A stretch of 63,391 nt of DNA, the filler included, from Choristocarpus tenellus KU-1152 (Eukaryota > Protista > Phaeophyceae), in NCBI GenBank assembly GCA_964200185.2. It is 9 parts of 9 records of this genome, joined end to end, with 100 filler letters (N's around TTAATTAATTAA, not from the genome) between each part and the next. Parts side by side here need not be neighbours in the genome. Positions count along the whole stretch, not along the records: positions 1 to 29,794 come from CAXNAD020000100.1; 8 more parts are not named here. One strand, given 5' to 3'. The stretch's first letter is position 1. Every line of letters starts with the position of its first letter. The translations under genes were made by a program, and so were the position numbers. Shown here in pieces: positions 1-13,600 of the stretch. Below the pieces are notes generated by a model. It was given only the letters and a program-made list of their open reading frames with translations, searched no databases and was not told where the DNA came from.

Positions 1-79
1 ACCTTTGGGTACTTTTTCAAGACTTTCGCAAAACAACCATCCTCATAGTCCCGCTTCATCCTCAATTTTGAGAATCTGC

Positions 80-158
80 TGTTATAGCCAAAATTACATC
101 AAAATCGCAACATTTTGGCCCCCAAATGGACGTGGTCGTACTCTCTATACTTTCGATC
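80..158 (-). mobile_element. MITE family A-related terminus with a different interior
   Basis: tagccaaaattacatcaaaatcgcaacatt..ccccaaatggac..atactttcg matches the A left end. Bases 1-80 do not match the A interior. Confidence 0.7.
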
Positions 159-189
159 AGATATTAGGAAGTGGTATGAAACTTACTAG

Positions 190-1350
190 TCATGTCAGAG
201 ACGGAAGACCACCCATACTCCTCCGCTAACTACAGGACATACGCCTGCTACATAATCGTTGCGATGGCTTGCTATTGAACACCTAGTTAAATATAAGACC
301 ACATCAGACGGTGCGAAATATGCGTTATCCGCCGCAGACCATCTTACGATATTCGCAATCTTGGTTGGCATTGCAAATAAGCAAGAAAAATAGTTTAGAC
401 TTGTCGATCGTCTTTTTTCCATTTTTGGTCCTCCTGAAACACTCCACTCTGACCAAGGCAAATAATTTGAGAATATACTCCTGGCTGAGTTGCATAAAGT
501 GGTTGGTTATCATAAAACCAAGACCAAAGCATATCGACCCCAAGGCAATAACATATTTATGTGAAAGAATTCATTGCACAATGCATGATATGCTGGCCAT
601 GTATTCGAATATGGAACAATCTCACTGGGCCTCATTGTGCCCTCTGTACAGCTAGCACACAATACAGCCTATAATAACACTATTCAGGTAACCCCATATT
701 TTCCTCATGTTTGGAAGGTGCCCAATTTTACCAATTGATCATATTTTGGGGGTCCCTGAGGCCACCCCCATAACCGTACAAGAATACAGTACGAGAACAG
801 TGGAAAACTTACAGGTGTACAAATTTTCACGCCAAAATGTTGGTGAGATGGCAGTGAAGAATGAATCTAAGAATGTGAACCATAAGCTCCCAATATAAGA
901 GCCAGGGGATAAGGTGTGACTTCACAAACCACCTACATAAGCTGATGCACCAAACCCCAAGTTATTGTGCCCATGGAGAGAAACTTATGAGGTGAAAAGA
1001 TGTTCAACACCCTTTGTATATCGCGTAAAAAGCGTGGAACGCCGATGTGAAGTGACAGTTCAACCCTTTAAGGAAGGAGGAGCCACTGAGCCTGACATAG
1101 ATGCTCTTAATTCACTTTTTTAGGGCTTATATTACCCGAACCAGATCTTGATCAGGGGTCAAGTTTGGGTCCTACAATGTAGAGGGCATGGTTGACCAAA
1201 AGTGAGGTGTGGGAAGAAAGACCGCTTGCAATTGTTTGTACTGGCTTTGCCTTCAAGGGTATTCACCGGGCAGTGATGTATGGCACAACCCCACTGAAAT
1301 ACCTGAATGTGCAGATATGATCGCAGCCTATAGGGAAGAGAACAAGTTGG
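190..1350 (+). mobile_element. decayed Ty3/Gypsy (chromovirus-type) pol: integrase plus chromodomain
   Basis: SCQRRKT (Zn-finger end), YALSAADHLT, GPPETLHSDQGK*FEN, YRPQGN..ERIH, QLAHNTAY..TPY..MFGR.PILPID, PGDKV/KLLCPW, then YNVEGMVD...YWLCLQGYSPGSDVW..EIPECADMIAAY. Stops and frameshifts present. Confidence 0.88.
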
Positions 1351-3899
1351 ACCTCCCTAATGTAAGAGCTACTACTTACTGATCAAGCGGCTTGTCATAA
1401 ATGAAAGACCCCTGCCCTTAAACCAGCTGAAGAACTTGAATTACTAACAACCAGACGTCTACCTACAAGCAACCAAGGCTCCTCTGATACTTGTGAAAAC
1501 CCTCCTTGTGGACCGGAAAGTGCGATGGAATCCTCTTTACTGGTGGGTTGGCGGCCTGGTTAGTTGCCACCAGACTCTACAGATAGGGACGATATTTCTT
1601 TTCACTACCAAGATGATGGAAGTGATATACCGATAAATTCCTCAAGACCATACCATGGCTCAGTTCGGGTGGTATTTCGAGCTCACCTATCAGATGACTT
1701 GGGACTTGTAAGGTAGAACGATAACTCTTACCTGGAAAGATAAGCACAGGTTGGTCCTATCTATGAGAAGCATGAATATTACTAAAAACATTCAACAAAT
1801 AATAACAAAAGTGCAAACAACAAATATAGTGTCCAACTTTTCTGTTTGTTCAGACACCTTGGAGGCAAGTGTTGAACTAGAGATAATAGTAGCTGATGAT
1901 GCGTTTTCCGATTACTCTTGATACTATCCCCATAACACCCTCAATAGATAACGTGATGTGCCGAAGGTGCGGTGATACTGAGCTTCATCCACTCAGATCC
2001 CCGGCATATATATAGGAGACAGGCTGGTCCGCACCACTTTTCTCCCTATACTTTCCACCCGATTACACAGATTTTTTCCATCTTAAACTAGAGTGCGACC
2101 TATAGCTGATCACCACTAGTGTTCCACCTCTTCATTCTTTCTTTTCCTCCTGAGTTGATTCAACCAGGATGTTTTGGTTCGCCCAAAGGACCTGTCCGAG
2201 ATGAAGTGCTGGCCACGCACTTTTGTGTTCGTGTGGGGTGGAATCCACACTGGGTGGGGGGAAATGTCAGGGACAGGCCCCCTCTTTAGGATCTCCCAAC
2301 ACTGATGGGGACATTTGCGCGTCCTACCTTTGCCGTTGATGCCAGCCCAGACGATGTGGTGTGGGTCAGACGCACGATCGGCTCACAGTAACCCCGACAT
2401 GAACGGTGGATTCAAACTAGCAAATCCTGTGTCAAGAATATGCTTTTTATTCATGTATAAAAGTAGGTTCTGTAGGAAACAATCTAAGGATGGAAGAGAT
2501 CATGCTTGTGTTCTGAATGAAGAATAGAAGATTTCAGGAATAATAGGAAACATTGTAGCAAGTACTCTATGATTAGATATCCACAGAATAGGATTGATTT
2601 GGCGGCAAGGACTCCCCCCCCTTTGTACTTGAAACGAAAGGTCACTCCTCCTTTCTCCTTCCTTATTTCATCTACAACGTGTCTAACCCATTATGGAATT
2701 AATCAAGTACTTTACGTACATAAGTCTTGGGACCATAAGCTTTTTTAACAGCCTGAGGTTGTGTTTTCTGTTCAGACTGGTCGCAACCAATCAAAGTGGA
2801 GATTGATCCACACGACACTCTGAGGCTGTCAACACACGCCCAGCATGCTTCAAGTCTCGTTTCTTCCTTTCTGAACCTCATCACTGGCGGTTCTCATCAC
2901 CCCCCATCACACAGAACCAGGTCAGGCTGCCTAACAAATTGTTCAAAATAACACCAATTTTAATATTTTCATATTGATGGAATATTTTGTGACATGTGCG
3001 TATAATTATCAAAAAATGCACACACACTGCAAACTACACAATTAATACCCCACAGGAATCCTGCTTCTCTCTTCGTGCTAGGTGCACAAGAAATACCAAC
3101 TTGTTGACTACCCACACCACCTATCTATTACATACAAGAAAACAAGATATTGACAATCACACCCACACAGCAGTGAATGATAAATACCAGAACTCTTAAG
3201 TCAGTGGCAGCAACGACTATAAATTATATCCTTCTCAAATTGTTCACCATTTCTTTTCTACAAAACTTAACTCTCATAATTCCTACATTATGTTGTTGCC
3301 ATCATTGCCACTCATCAATGATGAGCACAGAGTTTCATACTACCAGTTGTAGGCTACAACACATACCATGTACACCACTACTTGAGGAAAAACGTACCAC
3401 AATTCCACTCACTTGTAGTACACAAACATGATGGATAATAACAATCAATTGCAAAGGTTGCAAATTGTGACTTAACAATAGATGCACACACACACACACA
3501 TATACGAGAACATGTCAGAATAATAATATTTTGAAAAAAAAAAGTTGAGCCTGCTTTTGAAGCTTGGGGCTTGAGGACTATTAATTTACTGGTAGTACAC
3601 GCATGCAATGTTTTTGTGGACCAAAGCAGTTCTTGGTGTCCAAATGGCAAGTTAAGTAAAAATGTGACAGGTGCAATCTCTCATGTTATGCATAGTTCGA
3701 AAAGAGGTCATGATATGCGCAAACCAAAATAGAGGGATACAGTCGATGTACATGCATCTCAATGTCATCCATTGAACGTATTTTCACGCCTCCTTATTCA
3801 CCTCACCATGATATTACACGGTGAAATGCCTTCCAGAAACAGACACATCCCCAAGGAACATAAAATACTCTCTGTTTTCTAAATGGAAAAAACAAGAAA

Positions 3900-4480
3900 A
3901 AATAATATAAAAGGCACAAGTCTAGTTTATTTCTTCAGTGATCCGTACATACTCAAAACCTATGCTAAGACACGTCTTGTCATATCATTCACAGAGCCCA
4001 TATTCGGGACATTGTGATATAAAGTATAAACGCCATATAAACAATCCTAGGAAGACTCTACATCCATCTGTGCATTAACAACTTCCATGGTCTCTACCCC
4101 TGATTCCTTGAAATATTGAGATAAAAATGTTCCACCATGCCAGACAGTCATGTGACTATTGGGGTGATCGGCAGACAATAAGACGCCAGATGCAGCTTTA
4201 CATGTAGACAGGTTTTTCTTGGAAAATATCCACATGTAATCTTCCTCACCGATTGATTACAAAAGGACAGCACCACACAGCACTACATCTCTGTAATACA
4301 GCATATGTGGATAGGTGCCTGCAACCTGCCTTGACTTTTTCCAGTAAGAATCTTGGTTTGAAGATCATTGTGGTACTTGTCTCATGGTTTCTTTCTGTAG
4401 TTTAAGTGCAGATCATGAGGTCAATGAGAGGGAGTTTACAGCTTGGTCAGCTTGGTAAGACAAGAAGCTAATGCGACAGC
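3900..4480 (-). mobile_element. decayed KDZ-like (Kyakuja/Dileera/Zisupton-related) transposase fragment
   Basis: Frameshifted motif remnants DKYHND..ILTG..VAGTYPHMLY, HLASYCLP, MVEHF. Recognised by eye only. Confidence 0.3.
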
Positions 4481-4626
4481 ACTAGTCCCCAGTCTATTTA
4501 CCAAAAGCATCGAAGAATGTTTGAACACAAATTTTGGTCTAACTTCTTCCTTGATTAAAAAAATCCCTTCAAATAATGTAATTTTTTAAAAATGACATCC
4601 TGAGAACATGTTTTAACCCTCTAACG

Positions 4627-7600
4627 TCAAGAACTGTGTGTTGCCTTCCGTGTCTTCCCATCTGCACTACAGCTGTCAGCTGGTGTTGGTGCCGACTCTG
4701 AAGCTGGTGTACCCTCTGTTGTGTTTGCAGCAACTGTTGGAGCAGCAGTTTTTGGCTTGTAGACACATGGATTACTCCCAATGACATCCAGCCAAGCCAC
4801 AAAGTTATGCTCTGATTGCTCCTGGATTGGGTGAGGGAGCAGGTTAGTGGCAATTAGGTGGTGGAAGGCGAAAAAAGAGTAAAAACTGTTACCATCTCAG
4901 CTCCCCCTCCAGATCATTTCTAACGGAGGGGCTAAATGCAAGCAGTAGCTACTGCAGTTGTTTTATTGCAACCAGAAAAAAATATAATGATGGACAAACC
5001 TCACGCATACCCGAGAGCATAGAGATTGATGATAGGCACCTATGTAGACAAGGCTCGTCATGGTACTTATTTCACACCTTGGTACACACATGGATCTGTT
5101 TGAAAAACTACTGGATGGTGTGGATTATACAGTGGCTACACGGTTTCTTCCCATTGTGCCCTTCAATCCTGTGCTAGAATTTCCTTAAAGAATCCTTGCC
5201 ACCTTGTTCTCAATAAGGCGTTTAGTGATGCCATAAGTACAGGTCTACCATCCATCATGCTTGCCATGCAGACTATGAGTAAGTAGAACCAGATTTCCAT
5301 TAAAACAAATCTGGCATCAACAGGGTTAAAACCCATGAAATTCGTGTATGGTGCAGATTCCATAAAACTGAGCCATGAGGATGCAAGTCACAAGAAGTCC
5401 ATTCAGCATGAAAAAAAGAACAAAATTGTAATACATACAACGTAGGTGATACGTATGTGTATCAGTAAAGTTTGGTTACAGATACGGAAAGTTCTGCACA
5501 GGACTTGTACACCAAGTTATGTTTGTGGATGGCATGATACAAATACTTTATAGATTTTCCACGTTATTTCTGGCAGTTCTACAGTACAGTAAAAAACCGT
5601 CCCAATACTGTGCTCACTACTGCAGTAATCACTGCTGTGACGAGCCTTGGTAAGAGGCAAAGCGACATGTTGGTATTACACTGTTGAAAGCACCACAGTA
5701 AGAAGCAAACAAGGAGTGAATGTACGTTCCTCATACTGCAACCTGTGCCACATGGACAAAATCCAAAAAACTATCTATAAAATAGAAGAAGGGGTTGACA
5801 AAAATATTGCCAGGTGAAGTAATTGTAGGTTGTGTTTTTTAGGGACAAGTAAAGCTACAATAGGGATGCTGAAGGCAAAAAAGGTTGAATATACTATAGT
5901 TACCTTTGCCAAACATTATCTCTACGAGCACTTCAAGCAGGACTCTTGCTCTAGTCTTTGTTTTAGGGACCCTTGAGTCAAAGTATCTTAGAGGGTAGAG
6001 CCGCATCCATCTGGGGCCAAAATCCAATGTTGCAATTTTGATGTAATTTTGGCTATTGTGTTTGTTAGGAAGCGTCAATATCCTTGTTCGGGACATACCT
6101 CTTCAAAACTTACACATTTTGCCTGCTCCTAAACATTTTGGAGTAGGAAAAGGTCATAAAAAAAACTCAAGGGAAGCCAAGCCCCAAATGGACAAAAAGG
6201 GAAAAACTCGTACCCCCTAAGATACTTTCACTCCTTGCTCCCTGCCGTAAGGTGGCAGCATAATACGAGACAGAGAGGTGTGCTGTCTATGCTTCTGTTG
6301 CCATGTCAAAAAAAAAAGTTTTGCTTATCACCTGTGACAGGATGTGCTGGTGGATTTTGGCTCTCTTAAACTCCTCAAGTTCCTCCGCCTCTGGCCCGCT
6401 CTCCCACTCAAGGACACGGTCCTTGTCTTCCTTTTTGAGGCTGATTCGTTTTGTTCAAAAAAGTAATGCCCAGAGTGTACATGTTGTGTAAGTTTCCCAG
6501 AGGATGTGAGGCTAAGCAAACGTTATGTGGCAGGAGCTGCAGAAAAGCTCTTTGGAATAGAAGGGGGTAAGCAGCAAGTTACACTACTGATAACCCCGCT
6601 AATAGCAAGTTGAAGTTACACCAGAACAAAAGAGGAAAGCGGGCGGACTGGCAGGGTGGGTGCTGCTTTCCTGAACATGTTTCTAACACTCCGACAAGTG
6701 TTGCCACCTATCACACTCCCAAATATTACGAATCTTGGCATGATTCTACCACAATGGGGAAATAAATCACTTGTGGTCAATTTTGTATGGCACCTGGCAC
6801 ACAAAGACCTGGACTTAGCGGGAGCGACAAACAGAAACAAATAAAAAAACAGAAACAAATAACGAAAAGACTGATATCAATGTGCCAGGCCCATCTACCT
6901 ATTTGTCGTTCAGGCACTGGGGAGGAAGAAACCGTAAGTGGGAGGTTGAGGGCATACTAGCAATGTGTGAACAGGGCGTAGGAGGAAATAAAACATGAAA
7001 GGCTGACCAGGAGGTCGGCTGGGGGGGAAGGGATCTCACATTCGGTTGTAGGTGTCAAAGAACGGGCGGTCGAGATACAAACCCTCGCTTGGTGCTATGT
7101 TCAGGTTGAGCTTGGCCAGTGAGAACGACATGTCAAAATCCCCGGGTGATGAGGCCCGCCTCACCAGATCTACTGCAGTTGCCACCTGAGTAATGGTTTT
7201 ATATCCAGCGTTCCACAAGGAGGGATTGGTTGCTTGTTGGGCAATTTTCAAAAAGGTTGGCAGTTGCAATGTGCTCTCTTTTTTTTTTTTTGACATGAAA
7301 AAAAGATAAACCACTACCGTAGATAATTGGGGTAGAAGACAGTGCTGACTCCCACAGGGGGATATGGACAAGAAAAAAGCAGCTACAACAAATTGCCTTG
7401 AGTCATAGCCTATCACAAGAAATAATTACGCCTTGTATGCATAAATGCTAGTGGAGGAGAAGGGGAGGACCAACCATCTTCCGTATCTGGTGAAGGAGAA
7501 AGCTTTGGCCAACCACAGTGAGCCGAATCCATTCCGATCCATCTTCAGCAGTCCATGGGTCAGATGAGACAAAAGAAATGATGTACCTAAGAGTAGGTTT

Positions 7601-10600
7601 CAGAGTAAAAAATACCACAGTAACCCCCAAAAGAACATTTACAGCAAAACACACACACAAAACAATGGCATGGTAGAGAGAGGGAAAGGCTCTCAAGAGT
7701 TAGGGATGGGCAAGTCTGCCTGGGGCACTTGGGTGACACTAGATCACCCCTACACTGCACAACAACAGTTGTGAGGGGTATAATGTATCGCAGCACAAAG
7801 CCCTCAATGTTTGGCATAGACAATCTAGGTTTTTTTAAATGGCTAACCTTCTACTCACGAGTGACTTATTGTAAGAAAATAAAATAAGATAAAACGCAGG
7901 AATAGAAACACAGTCATGACCAGCTTGCTGATGTCTTGGTGTGTTTGCAGGGTGCCATAGTAGTGAAATGTGTACTTCTAATTAATAGGGACTGGATAGA
8001 AACTGTGGGATGAAAGAAGTGACTGTCAGGCACAACGTTGTGTAAGTTTGAAGCAGGTGGCAGCAAACACAGTGAAGCACCCAGGAGGGCATTATATAGA
8101 ATGCTGTAATCAAAACACTTTGCACTTGTCCACCCTAGAGAGGTGGAAACACTTTCCCTGAAAGAGCTAGGAGCTTGACCCTTGAGCTTCCAACTCTGGG
8201 ACCATGTTCAATAAGAGTCCACACACAGAAAACTTTAAACAAGTGAAAACAAAAATGATTGATCATAGCAACTCCTTTGCTTGTAATATTGGAATTAAGG
8301 CGTGGAAGGTCACCCACCTGATGTAATATTAACATTCCCAAATAAATCTGTGCAGGGGACTCATTTCAATCCAACCTCTTCACCAGCATCTATCCTTACA
8401 AACATAAAAAAATCGTTTTAATACCAAGGCCATATCTCGTGCTGGCTGCTTGGGGATATATTTCAAACCCCCTCAAAGAGAATTCTGCTTTTTCGTGCTG
8501 CTTGAAAAGGAGATTGGGGAGGGATGAACTGCCACCTATATCTCACAGCGGGGCAGTCCTATATGTGTGCTTTTCACATGCTCGTGGTGGGTACCAAAAG
8601 CAAAAAAGAAGCTGCAAGAGATCATGATCAGAGAGGAAGGACCTGTGCAGATTACTTCGTTCATAGTGTGAATGTCCCTCCAGAGAGAAGTAACATCTCC
8701 GGTAACAGGCAATAGCTTTCCAATCAATAACAAAACAAGCGCATAAAAAGAGTTGAAAATGGATAAAAACGAAGGCCAAAAACTTTCAAAAAACAAACAT
8801 GTAAACATGCACAAGCAAAAGGCACCGAAAACACCAATGCCCACATACAATGATACAACAGGAAAACAATCCAACCTGCTGCAGCTGGGGTCATTAGCCT
8901 TCCTACGGCTGGTGTAGTTATGGTAGTTCTTGGTGCCCTTAAAGCAACCAAGGACCCTCCTAAGCGAATCCAAAAGCTCTGCTGTGACACGGTACTTCCT
9001 CAAACTCTCTGACACTCGACCAGCCACCACCGAAGGTGGCCTCCTGCTCACCCAAACATCCAAATCACCCCCCCCCTCCCCACTGTTGTCCTCAGATGCA
9101 TCCTCCTCTGGTGTGATAGTCTTTGCACCATCTAACCCACTGACAGTGACCTTTTCTGCACTCTCCTCGGAAACACTGGCGACAGAAACGCCTGCAGTGC
9201 CTTGGCATATCCCTGCCCCAGAGCTACCCTCCCCTGGCTCAGAGGCCGAGAGATCACTAGTACTGGGCAAATTGGAACCAGAGGGTGCAATGACAGCAGA
9301 CCTGGAGGTTTCAGCTACTGAAGCTATCTTTTTCTCCCTTTGCTCAACCTCACTTCCTCCACCCTCCTCTGCAGCATTGTCAGCATTCATGTTACTGGGT
9401 TGACTTGATTCATTATCCTGTGCCCATTGCCTTGCCTGCTTGATCATGCAGGGAGGTGAGAGGAGGGGGGCAACATTGGTAATACACAGGGCATCAAGTA
9501 CACAGTACTTGGACTGCAAGAGTTTACAATCATAAATGGTATTATGAGCTACAATGAAGATCGAGGGGAAGAGGCGAATTGTGGGGGGTGTGAGGGCACA
9601 ACATAATACATAATACATAATACATAAATGTTGCAAACAAGGTGCACATCCTTCGCTTCTGGCAAGATGAGAGGGCTCTCCTACACTGCTGCGCCCTAAA
9701 TTCCTCACTTCATTGACATGTCACAAATACTGCCAATAAAGACCTGCAACACTAACAGATATTGTAAACCAACAAACGCCAACAGCATCAGTTGCGCACC
9801 TTGTATGCCATCCCTAAGCTCCACAGTAAAGACACGCATAGATCTCTACCCTTTTCCTCAGAAGTGACCTTTGATCCGAACCCCCACTATATAAACACAC
9901 ACTCACACACACATGCACCCATAAGTACTACCCTAACCTTCAACAGCAGTGAATCAGCCAGATATGCAAACATAGGTCAAAAACAGAAACAGAGGAGTCG
10001 GACAAAGTTGGCTGGTCTGATGCATCAGGAACAGCAGGTTAAGGAACTTTACCTCAAGTACCTACTCGCCATCTGAGGCTGAACCTGGGATGGCAAAAAT
10101 CACCACATATAATGAAACTGAACATTGCATTCCCCCAAACAAATAACCAACCAAATAGTTTCCTTCAAAGGTTGTGTCCCTCTAACGAATGACAATGACA
10201 GCTGATGGTAATGCTGACATCTCTTGCCAAGCACGCTCTCCATGGCGAAAAATCGTTCAAGTTCCTCAAAGCTTGCCTTTCCTAATCTGTCACCAATGAT
10301 CTCCCCTCATCCCCACTCTGCCAATCCCAGACCAAATCCTACATCTCCTCATCAACCAGCCCTTCACAATATGAAGGACCAATAAATCTCTTCATGAAAC
10401 AGTGACAAGGGGGACAATGGCACAAGGCCTTTCAGTTCTGGGGCGGGGTGTGAGCAGGGGGGGTATATACCTCGTCGTACAAACCAGCTACATGGTCTGT
10501 TGCTGCTAGCATAGCTGTGGGCATGAAGTACTCATAGCGACGCCTGCTGCACGCCTGCTTGGCATCAAAACCCTTGGGGACGCGCCGCATATCGACCACC

Positions 10601-13600
10601 TTTATATCCTGCAGTACAAGGAAAAAATGGGAGGGATAAGGGGGTGAGATCATCAAAGAGGGGGACTTGATTTTGTTTGACCCTTTTGAGTCCCAAGGAC
10701 CTTTGAATCTAGGTGAAGTATACACTATGCCTATGACACAGACGCACTCAACCTCCCTCAAGAGGGTGTATCTGATGTAGAGAAGACTAGCTGTGAACAG
10801 ATTGTTAACCCAAAGGGATCTCCACCATGATCAAAACACATAAACCACAAGGTAGTTGTGTGGGACCTTGAAACTCAACGACACCCTGTCTTAAACAGTA
10901 TCAAACAGGCACAAGATCAACAAAACGTCAGAGGGAAGTATAAGCAAGTGAATTGAGTGACATCTCCTCTCTCATTGGGTCGAAAGGGAGAGAGGGGGAA
11001 TAGGATGTCCATCCAAGATTGCTGTAATACAGCAGTGACATCAGGCCAATAAGGTACCAAGCAAGTCTTATCTTCTTGTTCTCTCTGAGCAAAGAGTTCT
11101 CTTCTGCCATTGAATGTTTTCAGAACAGTAACAGAAACGCAGTAATATGCACGTGAGTATACATCCATGCACATCAGGGTGTAAAAATTGGAAACGTTTA
11201 ACCGACTGGCAACCAAAAATATGCGGAACTTCCTGTGTCTGCCTGATTTTCTAGGAGGGTAAGTATGAGGCAACAAAGAATCATATCGTTTATGGAAGAC
11301 ATGCAAAGGCGTATCAATAGTTCTTTCAGTGAGATGGAGGTATGTAGAGGGGTTGATAAGCACTTCAAGCGTAATCTGTCTTAAGCATGCTGTACCACAA
11401 ACATTAAAAAACACCAACACTAGAGCTATCAACTAAAGTGGGAACCCCTTCCCCTCCTCCACTCCCTGCCCCTTCTGCCAACATTTCTAACCTCAGGAAG
11501 GTGCCTGTTGATTGCTGCAATGGTCTCTTTCTCTTTCCCCTCCACATAGCTCATGCGCAAGCATATAATCTGCGGGACGGTACCCAAAGATCAGTAAGAA
11601 CCACAGTTAAAAGAGGTATCACCCCCTCCGCAACAGCCTCCAGCTGAACAAATCAAAGCCAACACAAAAATTCCTTTCCACACAAGTAGGCATGCATTCA
11701 ATACAAAAGGAAAAAGAGTAATGAAACAAAATACCCCCCCCCCCTCCCTAGAGCCTTTACACTTTGCCCAAAGTTGGTAGTGGTGTAATGAGACTTAAGA
11801 AAGTGAATTGCCAGCAGCTTTTTAAACCCCCTAAACAGACATTCAAAATAGCAACAGTTACAATTGCAAAACAAAAATAAACTTTCCTGTGCAGCAGCAT
11901 GTACACCCTTGTCAGTACGGGCAGCTCTAGACCAAGCAACCTTTTGCAGATTGCCAAAGTTTGCACGACTTATATTGCCCACAAGGTACAAGGCACGCTC
12001 CAGCTCTGCTTCCACTGTCCTTTGGTTAGGGTTACTTAGGAGCAATGAACATGTGGGACACGGTGTCGCCAGGTGAGAAGGAAGTGGGAAGTGGGAAGTG
12101 GGAGTGAATGCAGATCCAGAACTCAGTGAAGGCGAGCTCTGGGTGTTGGCTAAACCAAAACCAAAGCAATAGGGGCCGTGCTGCAACAGTATCACTGGAT
12201 TAATACTAGTAACAACAAAAAATGTCAGGTTTGGGTAAAGTGCAAGTACTGCTCCTATTCCTATTAATCTATTCACTTCGCTTCTGTACCCAGCACTCCC
12301 TCATAGTGCACAATGAGGAAAAAAGCACAGTGATCTTTCCCCTTGCAATGAAAGGATTTAAAGTACAAAATAGCAAGAGACACCAGGAATATAACCTGCT
12401 CCGTAACCGCTATAATATAAAGTTACGAGTAGAAGGACCACCCAGCAATGCGCTTGGTTTGTATCTAGTGCTGTGCAACCAATACAACACTAAGTCATCC
12501 CACAACGCCCAGGGAAACTCAAGAAGGTGCTGCCCACCACATGAGCAAAAACAAAATCAACAAGCAGCTCACGCAACAATCAACACCTTCATTGATACAC
12601 CCTCTTGTCTTCCTCATTTCATCCATCCATCCACGCATCCACAAGCATTAATCCTCTCTCTCTCACATCTGCATGCCCTTGTACTTGGTGCCACAGTACG
12701 CCAGGAGCACCGCAACCTTCTTCTTTGGCCTCTTCGACATTTCCACCACCTCAGCTGGGACATCGAATCAGCAAAACAGGAGAGTTGATTCACAGACATA
12801 AGACTTACAAGGCAGGAGCCACACATACGTGGGACAGTTTGCACCACTGTTGAGTGTATCTTTGTCCATACTCTGCATCTATGATCATATCTACAGTATG
12901 AGTGCAGGAAACAGGTCCTACATGCTTTGCAAGGGGGTCAGACGGATCAAGTACTCACTCTAATTGTTAAGCGTTAGTGTGTACTCTACATTGGTACTAC
13001 ATAAAGCTCTATAATATGTGTTCATTTCCATTTACATCGACAGCCTGCTCTTGCCTGGGGCAAAAACTTCACTGTTTCGGTTGCATGAGATGTCTTTGTC
13101 ATACAGTCTGTCCCCGCACTAAGGCCCTCACCACAACTCTCTAGCTACACATACTCATCAGCACACGTTTGTTGTCTACCTTCAGTAGCGCTAAAAAGTG
13201 GAAACCAACACTACAGCAACAAAAACAAGAGAGAGTGCTTGCTGGGGCCTTGAAGCACTGCTTGATGTTCATCCAACATCACATCTTGGAATAGGGTTGT
13301 TCCTAATCACAATTTAAGTATGCCGTGTTCTTCATGGTCACCACGCCACTTCACTCATGAAATGCAAAAAAATCACAACAATAAATGTACTTTTGCATCC
13401 TCTTTCACCATCTCAAGTTTTTCACATTGTGTTCATGTTTTTGTGCAACATCAGCTGTGTCCAACAGCAACAGATGTATCCAATCAGAAGATGTACTCCT
13501 TCTGATTGGAGCAAGCTTCAGTATGTTGGACAATATATTATCTTCTTCCTTCTATTATACAGCATTATCGTGGGCCATTCTTGATTTGGTCAGAATGATT

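Noticed and set aside
2400-2460. ILDTG on the minus strand as a retroviral protease
   Set aside because: Isolated short motif without supporting gag or RT context.
6616-6858. ORF as a PUS1 C-terminal exon
   Set aside because: It has no Pus1 motifs; 6440-6332 fits both phase and homology.
8930-9403. 157-aa plus-strand ORF
   Set aside because: Antisense shadow of the PUS1 exon.
8536-9708. 390-aa ORF as a standalone gene
   Set aside because: It is PUS1 exon 9 plus read-through into the flanking introns.
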